Below are positions 17,579-25,391 of a stretch of DNA of 45,943 bases, piece after piece. The notes below the pieces were generated by a model. It was not told the DNA's origin, made no database searches, and saw only the letters and a program-made list of their open reading frames with translations. Location: positions 1-45,943 of IMG/VR virus record IMGVR_UViG_3300012971_000027; one strand, 5' to 3'. The translations under genes and the position numbers were made by a program. This DNA comes from a virus (taxonomy: Duplodnaviria; Caudoviricetes). Numbering within the stretch: position 1 is the stretch's first letter; each line of letters opens with the position of its first letter.

Positions 17579-18058
17579 TTATGGATACTCGGAATACTTG
17601 ATCCAACCCGAGAAGTTTGTAGCGGCAGCAGGCGCGGCAGCCAGATCGACAATGATCATCTCGCTCGGACCGATGCATTCGCGTTCTTCCACGGTGGTCG
17701 GCACGTACAGCAAGTCTTGCAACATATTCCACTGCCACGGCAGCAGGAGCGTCACCGTGGTGCCGGTCCCCTGTGTCGTGTCGCAGGTGTGCGCGGTGGC
17801 TTTCGCCCCGACCGCACCGATGCCGGTGTCAACCAGGTTTGCCGTCGCCACCGTGCCGCCAGAACCCTGCGTGACCGTGCCGCCAGTGACGCGCTTAAGC
17901 CGCACGCGCAGCTCGGCCGGCGAGGTCTGGCCGCCCGCTGAGATCGAGAAGCCGCGCAGCTCCAGCCCGTTCGTCGTGCTGTTTTTGAGCGAGAAGAAGT
18001 CGACGACCGCGCTGACCGACACGTTCTCGAAGTTCACGACTAGGATGCGTTCTGCCAC
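17579..18058 (-). CDS. Beta-rich putative virion protein
   Basis: GGAGG SD plus GTG; alternating hydrophobic beta pattern. Confidence 0.7.
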   Translation of the reverse strand: MAERILVVNFENVSVSAVVDFFSLKNSTTNGLELRGFSISAGGQTSPAELRVRLKRVTGGTVTQGSGGTVATANLVDTGIGAVGAKATAHTCDTTQGTGTTVTLLLPWQWNMLQDLLYVPTTVEERECIGPSEMIIVDLAAAPAAATNFSGWIKYSEYP

Positions 18059-18090
18059 GCTTTAGCCTCCATAGCCCGGAGCCTACGGCA

Positions 18091-18492
18091 TTAGCTTAGC
18101 GTGATACTGAGTGCCCCAGCGGCAATGACCAAGCTATCGCCCGCGAGCGGTGTGCGCACCGTTGCCAAGTTGCCGTACCACAACATGCTGCCGGCGTTGC
18201 TCGATACGGTGTCGGCAATGAACAAGCCGGAAACCACCGCTGAAGACGAGAACGGTCCAAACGTACATGCTGTCGAGTTCGAAGCCGAGGCCGAACCGGC
18301 GGGCGTCGCTGCACCGGCGAACGCCATGCTCTGTCGCGTGTAGCCGGAACCGGCGCCGACTTCCGACGACGCTGCCGAGGATGGCACGCCGAGCGAGAGC
18401 CCAATATAGCAGGCGGCCGGCGAAGCCGGGGTCGCCGCCTTGAGCGACCAATCGAGCATGTTCTTCATCGCATAGAGGCCGATATTTGCCAT
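18091..18492 (-). CDS. Small conserved phage fibre subunit (Gp80-like family)
   Basis: Y....MLDW...YIGL....P....SEV...SGYTRQ...F...SNS...F...I.D.....G..L.YG.L...RT...GD.L....GALSITL pattern; AAGGAG SD. Confidence 0.7.
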   Translation of the reverse strand: MANIGLYAMKNMLDWSLKAATPASPAACYIGLSLGVPSSAASSEVGAGSGYTRQSMAFAGAATPAGSASASNSTACTFGPFSSSAVVSGLFIADTVSSNAGSMLWYGNLATVRTPLAGDSLVIAAGALSITLS

Positions 18493-18505
18493 TAGGTAAT
18501 CTCCT

Positions 18506-18593
18506 TATGTAGCATCTAGCTGTGCTAGATCGGTTGCGTAGACGGCGCCATTAAAAAGTGAGTTCCTGTGCCGCCGCCAAAAAAGCACAAGGA
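18506..18593 (-). promoter_or_regulatory. Intergenic region with two inverted repeats; possible terminator and regulatory site
   Basis: ATCTAGC-TGT-GCTAGAT (18514-18530); TCCTGTGC/GCACAAGGA (18564-18593) followed on the - strand by a T5 run. Confidence 0.4.
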
Positions 18594-18608
18594 TGAGATG
18601 CGGGACGA

Positions 18609-19031
18609 CTAGCGACGCGCTTTTCGTTTCGGCGCATGATGCGCCGCAGACCTTCGTTTCGGTTTGGGCTCCGATTCAGCTTCCTCTAGTTCCGGCTCGG
18701 CCTCCGGTTCTGGTTCCGGTGGCTCGTCTTCCTCCTCGATGGGCTCGTCTTCCTCCTCGATTGGTTCATCGTCATCATCGTCGTCGTCGCTATCGTCGTC
18801 ATTATCGTCTTCGGCCGTTTCAAGCGTTATGCCGAGATCAGCAAGCGCCTGCTTGGCGGCGACGCGCACCTTGTCATCGCTCCATGGCCCTTCGCCCTCG
18901 AGGCGAGCTCGCAGCTCACGCCAGATGCCGTCGTGCCATGCTGGATCCGGCGCACGGCTAATCGCTTCCTCAATAGTCTGTACCTGCTCAGCGGTGAGGT
19001 TAGCGAACGGTTCGATTCCGGTGTAAATCAT
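18609..19031 (-). CDS. Highly acidic protein with basic C-terminal tail
   Basis: GAGG SD, ATG 19031; Asp/Glu tract with a 21-bp tandem repeat (18721-18762), ends KPKRR...KRKARR. Confidence 0.7.
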   Translation of the reverse strand: MIYTGIEPFANLTAEQVQTIEEAISRAPDPAWHDGIWRELRARLEGEGPWSDDKVRVAAKQALADLGITLETAEDDNDDDSDDDDDDDEPIEEEDEPIEEEDEPPEPEPEAEPELEEAESEPKPKRRSAAHHAPKRKARR

Positions 19032-19041
19032 GATCATCGCC

Positions 19042-19314
19042 TCATTGTGGTGGTGGAACTTCGTTGCCTTGCTCGTCGACGAACTTGCCGTTGCGCAAGA
19101 TGCCGACACCGCGCGGATCCACACCCACCGTTACCTTCGGCTGCTGGTCATCGTGCATCATCTGAGCAACGCCGGGCTGCCGGCAGATCACCCAAACGCC
19201 GACCGGCTTGGTGCCCGGCATGATGATCCATCCCTCGAGCTGCTTCCGATCGAGCGCCGCCTGCAATAAATCGTCGAGCGGCAACACCAAGGTTTCGACC
19301 TCCAGATTTGCCAT
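19042..19314 (-). CDS. Hypothetical protein
   Basis: TGATG coupling to the upstream gene. Confidence 0.65.
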   Translation of the reverse strand: MANLEVETLVLPLDDLLQAALDRKQLEGWIIMPGTKPVGVWVICRQPGVAQMMHDDQQPKVTVGVDPRGVGILRNGKFVDEQGNEVPPPQ

Positions 19315-21287
19315 CACACCTTCTCCTCGTAATATTTGAAGCCCTTCGCTGCGGGCAATTGTGGCACCGGCTTATTGTCGGCCCGGCCGAGCAGGTGCCG
19401 CGCGTGCGTCACGATTGTTTCCGCCGAGATATCACTGATGCAGGCGGCATATGGCGCATCATTGATGGTGACCGAATTGCAGGTGTCGAACTTCTCATGC
19501 AGCCGATGGCACGGCCAGCACTTCACCCGTTGCTGATCGGCATGCAGCGTTACCGTATTGAGCCAGTGCTTGGTGATATTCTCCTCGCTGGCGTGACTTA
19601 GCAAAATGATCTTCGGCAAGGGCTCGAACGCCACGCCCCAGCTCGGCCCGGTATCCGGCCCGATTACCAGATCGCAGACCTGCGCGAACGACAGGATGCG
19701 GCGGATTGGCCAGGTTTGTTCCTTGAGGCTCAGGCTAGAGGCATGAGTGAGCCCGGCATCGCTGCCATTCTGCGCCCGCACGCTGTCTTGCACGGCCCGG
19801 GCAATCTCGAAGTCGCGGAACGGCGGCGGCGCTCCCATCATCACCACCTGCGCATCCAGCTCCTTGATCAAGCGGCCGATCAACAGCGGCGTATACGGCC
19901 AGACCTTGTCTAGCCGCGTGCCGCCGAGGCACCAGCCGATGATCGGTCCCTGCCCGAGCTTGCGCTTGGTGATAAGCGCCTGCTCGCGCTCCTCGCTAGT
20001 TGGGAAGAACAGCGGACCGAATGAATACGGTACGCCGAGGATGTCAAATGCGGTTTCCAAGTAGCTGCCGGCGCAGAGCTTGCGCCGATATTCCTGCGAC
20101 CACCAGAACGCCGTCATGATCGGGAACAATGCGTGCCGGGCTTCGCAAGAGTGCGCCAGGTTGGCAAAGCGGTCGTATTCCTTGGCGCGGATGCGGAAGA
20201 ACTCCTGCCAAGCAACCTGGTCCTTCGGCCAGTCGGCCTCGTCGTGCACGCTGATCTTATCAACAAACGGATTGTTCTCGAACACGACGTTGTTCGGCGT
20301 CTGCGTGAGGATTTCGACTTTGTAACCCATCTCTTTCAGCGAGCGAGCCGGAGCCGCGGCAATCAAATTGTCGCCAACGCCGCCACCGCGCACGATGCAA
20401 GCCCATCCGCCCGCGCCTTGGTTCGGCGATCGCGGCACGATCATCTGCAGCTTGGTGCCACGCGGTTCAGCGTGGAATTTGGTATGGTCGTCGAGCAGAT
20501 GGCGGAATTCGGCAATCCGCTCTTGCGGGATGCATAGGATGTTGAAGCTTAGCGTCTTGTACGGTTTGAGCTCAAAATTCTTTAGGTCCATGAACGCGTT
20601 CTCGGGACACTTCTTCCAGTTGTCGACCGAGTACATGTCCGGCTTGTGACTATAAGCGAGATAGTCCTGCTGGCGCACGTAAGACACGAGATCGGTCACG
20701 CCCAGGCGCGCACGATCCGGATGATCCTCCAGATAGAATAGCGGGCGGCAGCGCTTGATCGTCTGCTTAGCGCCCTCCAATAGCATCGCCTCACAACCCT
20801 CGACGTCGGCGAAAATCAGCTGCACATCCTCGCCCTGCAGCCAATCATCAAGCGCGATCATGCGCACGATGCCGCTACCACCGTCATCACCGATGGTAAA
20901 GCAGCCGAAATTGTCGTGCTGCAGCTCCATCACCTTGCGCACACGGTTGTCGCCGCGCGAATGCCACAGCGCATAGTCGCTGACCATGACGTTCTTGCGC
21001 TTGCGCATATTGCGCCGGAGCAATTGAACCAGCTCGGGCTGCGGTTCGAACGCATAGACTTTGCCATCCGGCCCGACCAGCTCCGCCAGCGGCGCCGTGA
21101 GCGCACCGATGTTCGCGCCGCCGTTTACCACCGCCCATCCCGGCTTGACGATCTTAGCCATCAGCTCGATTTCGCCGGGCGAATATTCGCCGTACAATTC
21201 GAGCGAGCGCCCGATATAGGCGTCGGCGGCAAAGTAACTCATGCGGCCGTAACGGGTGTCGGTGGTCTTGACCAGCGTCGTCAGCAT
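19314..21287 (-). CDS. Fusion of FkbM-family methyltransferase and GT9 (heptosyltransferase-like, GT-B) glycosyltransferase
   Basis: N-half: GRSLELYGEYS, GANIG, VYAFEPQP, DVEG.E; C-half: R.GGVGDNL, FENNPFVD, DLVIGPDTG, CWPCH...C...CI.DIS. Confidence 0.85.
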   Translation of the reverse strand: MLTTLVKTTDTRYGRMSYFAADAYIGRSLELYGEYSPGEIELMAKIVKPGWAVVNGGANIGALTAPLAELVGPDGKVYAFEPQPELVQLLRRNMRKRKNVMVSDYALWHSRGDNRVRKVMELQHDNFGCFTIGDDGGSGIVRMIALDDWLQGEDVQLIFADVEGCEAMLLEGAKQTIKRCRPLFYLEDHPDRARLGVTDLVSYVRQQDYLAYSHKPDMYSVDNWKKCPENAFMDLKNFELKPYKTLSFNILCIPQERIAEFRHLLDDHTKFHAEPRGTKLQMIVPRSPNQGAGGWACIVRGGGVGDNLIAAAPARSLKEMGYKVEILTQTPNNVVFENNPFVDKISVHDEADWPKDQVAWQEFFRIRAKEYDRFANLAHSCEARHALFPIMTAFWWSQEYRRKLCAGSYLETAFDILGVPYSFGPLFFPTSEEREQALITKRKLGQGPIIGWCLGGTRLDKVWPYTPLLIGRLIKELDAQVVMMGAPPPFRDFEIARAVQDSVRAQNGSDAGLTHASSLSLKEQTWPIRRILSFAQVCDLVIGPDTGPSWGVAFEPLPKIILLSHASEENITKHWLNTVTLHADQQRVKCWPCHRLHEKFDTCNSVTINDAPYAACISDISAETIVTHARHLLGRADNKPVPQLPAAKGFKYYEEKV

Positions 21288-23222
21288 TCAGTGGCCTCCT
21301 GTCACGTTGATGATGATCGCTCCGGAGCCTGCGAGATTCGCATGTACCGCCACGGACGTCACATCCGCGGCAAACGTCCCGGAGCCAGCGAACAGCGCGA
21401 CCAGCGCTCTCGGATCGAGCAACATCAACGTGTTAACCTGCGATTGTAGCAGTGAAACCTGCGCTTGCAGCACCGAGACCTGCGCTTGTAACATCGTCGC
21501 CTGGTTTTGCAGCAAGCTGTTCTGTGCTTCCAGGACGCTCAATCTAACAGCGGAATTAATCGCTTCCAGCACATCGAGCCTGACGGTGATACCGCTAAGA
21601 TTGATCTCGATGTTTTGGCTGTTGCCGAACATCAGCGGCGGCATCAGCCGGATCGTCTGCGCCGCACCGCGCACGCCTTGATCGTTGCCGACTAGCCCGG
21701 GATCGCACTCGAAAACCAGCTGATCGTTATAGTTCGAGAACAGCGCTTCTTGGTTCGGGCCATTGACCTCATCGTCCCAGGTGCGGTCGAGCAGCGCCAG
21801 CGCCTGCGGCGGCTGGCCTCCGGCCAGCAGCATGACATCCACGGCAGCAACGACTGCGTTCGATGAGAACGCGGTCGAAATCGGACGTTGAAGCCTCGGC
21901 AACACCGACAAGCTTCCCGCACCGCGAAATGTCAGACTGCTGACGGCTAGAGGTTGCCCAATAATGGGCGGGACGAGACTACCTATTCCAACAAGACCCC
22001 GGCGGATGGTCAGAGCCTGCAACATTGGCGGCACGACGAATTGCGCGGCACCGGCCAACGCCGCCGTAGCTGGCACGTTCTGACGGCCCGTCACGACAGC
22101 CACGAGCGCGCCGCTGCCCGCCAAGCTAGCGGCGTTCGGCATGGTCTGAACCTGACGAGCGGGGCCGGTGAAGCCGCCGCTGCCAATCAAGATGGCTGTC
22201 GTTGCCGAAATCGACAGCGCGCGACCAACAAGAGTGCTGTCGTTGCCCCAGAATGCAGCGGAAGCACCGCGCCACAGTGGCATGTCGACAGACAGCGCAG
22301 CGACGGCGGCAAGAGTCGCGCGGATACCTGGAAAGATTGCATTAGCGGAAAGCGCGCTCGCGCCCGAGAAGGCAGCAACCGCAGCCAACCACTGGTCGAT
22401 CTGATCGACCGAAGACCATCGGGCAACGCCGGCCCCCGCAAAATTTGCCGAGAACAGCGTCTTGTCCCTGAAAACATTGGCGACGATAGCGCCGCTGCCG
22501 GTGAGCGCGCCTTTGGTCTGCTCTCTCAGGTTCGCGGTTAGCGTAGCACCGCCCGTTCCGGCAAGCGCAGCGCTACCGTCCCACGCAGTGATGCTGACGT
22601 TAACGTTGATGCCTTGCCCGACCCAGGTTCCAGACACGCTGGCGGTGAGCGGGACACTGGCAGCACCAACATCATAGTTGCCGCCAGAATTAAGACTAAG
22701 ATTTGCCCAGGGGGAAGGCCCCCAAATGCTAGTTTGGTTGGGCGTGCAGCTACTGATTGTGCATTGAAAATGAGCGATGGCTAGATTGTTGGTGGCACTC
22801 GTCACTGTCACCGACGCCGAACCGAAGGAGTTGGTATTGTGCGCCGCGTTGGTAAATGCGGCCGCGACGCTGGTCTGCTTGACGCCGGTGAGCACGCAAA
22901 CCTGACCGATGCCGTAGCAGCTGTTGGTCCAGGTCGCGCGAACGATCCTGGCGCTGACGGACACCCCGAGTATGGCAAAAAGATAAAAATAAGCGCCGGT
23001 GCCAGGATTGTACGAGTCAATCAGCGTCAGCGATGCGTTGAGACCGGTCGGATCGAGCACCATCGCGACGCCCGTCGGCGCGCTGCCGAGCGGGTTCAAC
23101 TGCAGCTGCACCAGAATGCCGATATCGGTGCCGCTGAATGTACTGAAAAGTTGTGAATCGACTTGAGTTACGCCAGTGTCGCCGGTGGCGATGCCGGTGC
23201 TGTTGGTGAACGCGACAGCCAT
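21288..23222 (-). CDS. Fibre protein: unique N-terminal beta domain, Ala/Gly/Ser repeats, C-terminal coiled coil
   Basis: WDGSAALAGTGG, FAGAGVARWSSVDQIDQ repeats; LQAQVSVLQAQVSLLQSQV heptads. Confidence 0.75.
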   Translation of the reverse strand: MAVAFTNSTGIATGDTGVTQVDSQLFSTFSGTDIGILVQLQLNPLGSAPTGVAMVLDPTGLNASLTLIDSYNPGTGAYFYLFAILGVSVSARIVRATWTNSCYGIGQVCVLTGVKQTSVAAAFTNAAHNTNSFGSASVTVTSATNNLAIAHFQCTISSCTPNQTSIWGPSPWANLSLNSGGNYDVGAASVPLTASVSGTWVGQGINVNVSITAWDGSAALAGTGGATLTANLREQTKGALTGSGAIVANVFRDKTLFSANFAGAGVARWSSVDQIDQWLAAVAAFSGASALSANAIFPGIRATLAAVAALSVDMPLWRGASAAFWGNDSTLVGRALSISATTAILIGSGGFTGPARQVQTMPNAASLAGSGALVAVVTGRQNVPATAALAGAAQFVVPPMLQALTIRRGLVGIGSLVPPIIGQPLAVSSLTFRGAGSLSVLPRLQRPISTAFSSNAVVAAVDVMLLAGGQPPQALALLDRTWDDEVNGPNQEALFSNYNDQLVFECDPGLVGNDQGVRGAAQTIRLMPPLMFGNSQNIEINLSGITVRLDVLEAINSAVRLSVLEAQNSLLQNQATMLQAQVSVLQAQVSLLQSQVNTLMLLDPRALVALFAGSGTFAADVTSVAVHANLAGSGAIIINVTGGH

Positions 23223-23276
23223 CGGCGGCCACCTATCAGCGCATTAGGCGCACAGATCGCTGCGCCCCGAACAAAT

Positions 23277-24521
23277 CTAGCCTCCCTGATTCTGCTGTGA
23301 GTAACTCTGGTTCGGCAAACCACGATTGACGTTACGGATTTTCTGCCTTTCCTGGCTAGTTTGCGCGCGCCGCGCGGGGCGTACATCGCCGCCGGTCGTG
23401 ATGACGTCAACATCGAGAAAGGTGATGAAGCCCTGGCCGCGCTGAAGGTGATGCTCGACGACCCAGATCGCGTAGCTGCCATCGACGCCGGGACGCACTC
23501 CGACTACCTCGACGGAACCACCGAACTTCGCCGAAGGCTCGCCGTTGATGGCAATGCGGCCATAGCCGGGCTCGTAGCTCGCTAGCCCTTGATTGCCGGA
23601 ATTGTCACCATCGGCGCCACCCTGGCTCGCTGCCTCCTCGACGTTCTGGATCATCGCCTCGGGACCACCACCACCACCTCCGCCACCGCCGCCCCAAGGG
23701 AACGACATGCCGAACTGCTTTATGGAGCGTATCCAATTCGCAGCCTGATGATCGTAGTGCTGCTGATGACCGCCTGCCCAGGTCGAACGGCTGGCGTAAG
23801 GACGCAGGCGTACGGAGATCAGGTTGTCGCCCCAGATCGCCATGACGTTGCCCTGGCTTGCGGGAGCAATGAGGCTGACGCTGTTGCCGCCATCGTAATG
23901 CACCATGCCGCCGGCTTTGATGGCCATGCGCTCGAACAGGTGCATCATGCTCTCGCCCTGCTGCTCCCAACGGTCGGACTTGAACTGGTCGAAGAAGCCG
24001 GCGATGTTGGCATTGAAACCGGCGTTGCTCGCCGCCTTCTGCAAAAAATCCGACATCGGGATTTGCTTGCCTTCCTTCTGCCCCGCTTCCGCGCCCTCGC
24101 CCACGCCCTCCTGCATCGGCGTCTTGGCATGCGAGGTCATCCGCGGCGCGAAAGCATGCACCCACATCTTGCGGCCGCCCTGCTTGCGTGCGCAGCCGTA
24201 TTCGAGGTCGAAGGTGTGACCATCGAACACGGTCACCATCTCCTCGCTCTCCCAGCCCAGTTCGATATGCACCTCGGTGTCGAACGGCGGGATCGGCAAC
24301 TTGGCGTCGCGATCGTCAACCTCGATGGTCGCGTGCGGTACGCCGTCATCGACGATCTGTAGCGATTCCAAGTGCGGCCTGAGTGCATCGGTGATATCGA
24401 CGCCACCAATCTCCACCTTGTAATGGGCCAGCAAACGGTTGGTCTGCGTCGCCGTGCCGATGAATGGCTCGGTCGTGTCCGCCGGTGCTGGCAGCTCCCC
24501 GAAGACGTCGACGAAGCTCAC
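23277..24521 (-). CDS. Phage late control D / baseplate hub protein (P2 gpD-like)
   Basis: I.GVDIT..L..HL.SL.I.D, IEVDDRD, IELGW, Q.GES.M, I.GEP....G, GVRPGVDGSY.I..VEH; GTG start 24521 after AGGAG. Confidence 0.85.
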   Translation of the reverse strand: MSFVDVFGELPAPADTTEPFIGTATQTNRLLAHYKVEIGGVDITDALRPHLESLQIVDDGVPHATIEVDDRDAKLPIPPFDTEVHIELGWESEEMVTVFDGHTFDLEYGCARKQGGRKMWVHAFAPRMTSHAKTPMQEGVGEGAEAGQKEGKQIPMSDFLQKAASNAGFNANIAGFFDQFKSDRWEQQGESMMHLFERMAIKAGGMVHYDGGNSVSLIAPASQGNVMAIWGDNLISVRLRPYASRSTWAGGHQQHYDHQAANWIRSIKQFGMSFPWGGGGGGGGGGPEAMIQNVEEAASQGGADGDNSGNQGLASYEPGYGRIAINGEPSAKFGGSVEVVGVRPGVDGSYAIWVVEHHLQRGQGFITFLDVDVITTGGDVRPARRAQTSQERQKIRNVNRGLPNQSYSQQNQGG

Positions 24522-24531
24522 ATTGGTTCTC

Positions 24532-24825
24532 CTATACTGGAAGACGGAAACCCTGCCTGTCAGTCCAGAGCGAGTCCGTAGGAAGTGTCGCCGGCCGGCC
24601 GAGCAGCATATTCTGGTCAATTGGCAGGCGGATCAGCGTGCCTACTGGAATGAACGGTGACTTGCGATGGCCCCACGAGAGTTGCGGATTAGCGTCAAGC
24701 ATCAGCTCCATGATGCCGGGGGCACGGTTCCTATATCTTTTCCAAACTATGAAATCTGCGGTGATGAACTCGCTGAGCACCTGGTAAATCTCGAAGCCGA
24801 CTATTGTCGCGTTCTTGGCTGGCAT
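24532..24825 (-). CDS. Tail protein X (P2 gpX-like, LysM-related)
   Basis: D.IVWKRY......E.MLDANP.L......IPVGTLIRLP...LW. Confidence 0.85.
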   Translation of the reverse strand: MPAKNATIVGFEIYQVLSEFITADFIVWKRYRNRAPGIMELMLDANPQLSWGHRKSPFIPVGTLIRLPIDQNMLLGRPATLPTDSLWTDRQGFRLPV

Positions 24826-24826
24826 A

Positions 24827-25390
24827 TCACGGCCTCGGCTGGCTCGAGCCCCATAGCTTGCTGACGTAGGTGGCGTTGTCCGGTATCGGCGCGCGCGCCA
24901 TTACCGACTCGAAGGCGAGCTGTCGGCCGACGCCTTCGCTCGACAGGAAGGTGTGCGTGCGGATCAGTTTTTCGCACACGAACCAGCCCATATACTCGCC
25001 GCGCCCACGCAGCATCAGGTGGACCATGCCTTGCCGCCTTTCCGTCTCGAACCGCTCCATCGCGCTCATGCCGCCGAGCCGATACGGGAAAAGATGCCCG
25101 CGGAAATGCAACGTCTCATCATTCTCACCTGTCCATTCTCGATACACGCCCGCCCCGAGTATCTCCTTATGTGCCCAATCCGTTGACGTTTCGTGGTCCA
25201 CCTCGTGCGCATTGAGCGGCCAAACCTGGAACTGGATCGGCCCCCACTGGTAAAGCGTCGCGAGAAACTGATCCGCGGTCGGCTCGACTAGCTGCGGACC
25301 GAGTCCGTCAGCGCGTTCCCACGAAACATCGGGCGGAAGCAGCCCGTCAGGAATAGTCGTGCCAAGCATCGATTGACCAACATCAGCCAT
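24827..25390 (-). CDS. Phage tail protein (P2 gpU-like)
   Basis: LYQWGPIQF, WA...I.G....EWTG..DETL...G.LFP, L.RG.G...GWFV; follows tape measure. Confidence 0.85.
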   Translation of the reverse strand: MADVGQSMLGTTIPDGLLPPDVSWERADGLGPQLVEPTADQFLATLYQWGPIQFQVWPLNAHEVDHETSTDWAHKEILGAGVYREWTGENDETLHFRGHLFPYRLGGMSAMERFETERRQGMVHLMLRGRGEYMGWFVCEKLIRTHTFLSSEGVGRQLAFESVMARAPIPDNATYVSKLWGSSQPRP

Positions 25391-25391
25391 G

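Noticed and set aside
10763-23222. Diversity-generating retroelement acting on the duplicated fibre domains
   Set aside because: No reverse transcriptase in the window, and the paralogues differ at all base types rather than only at adenines
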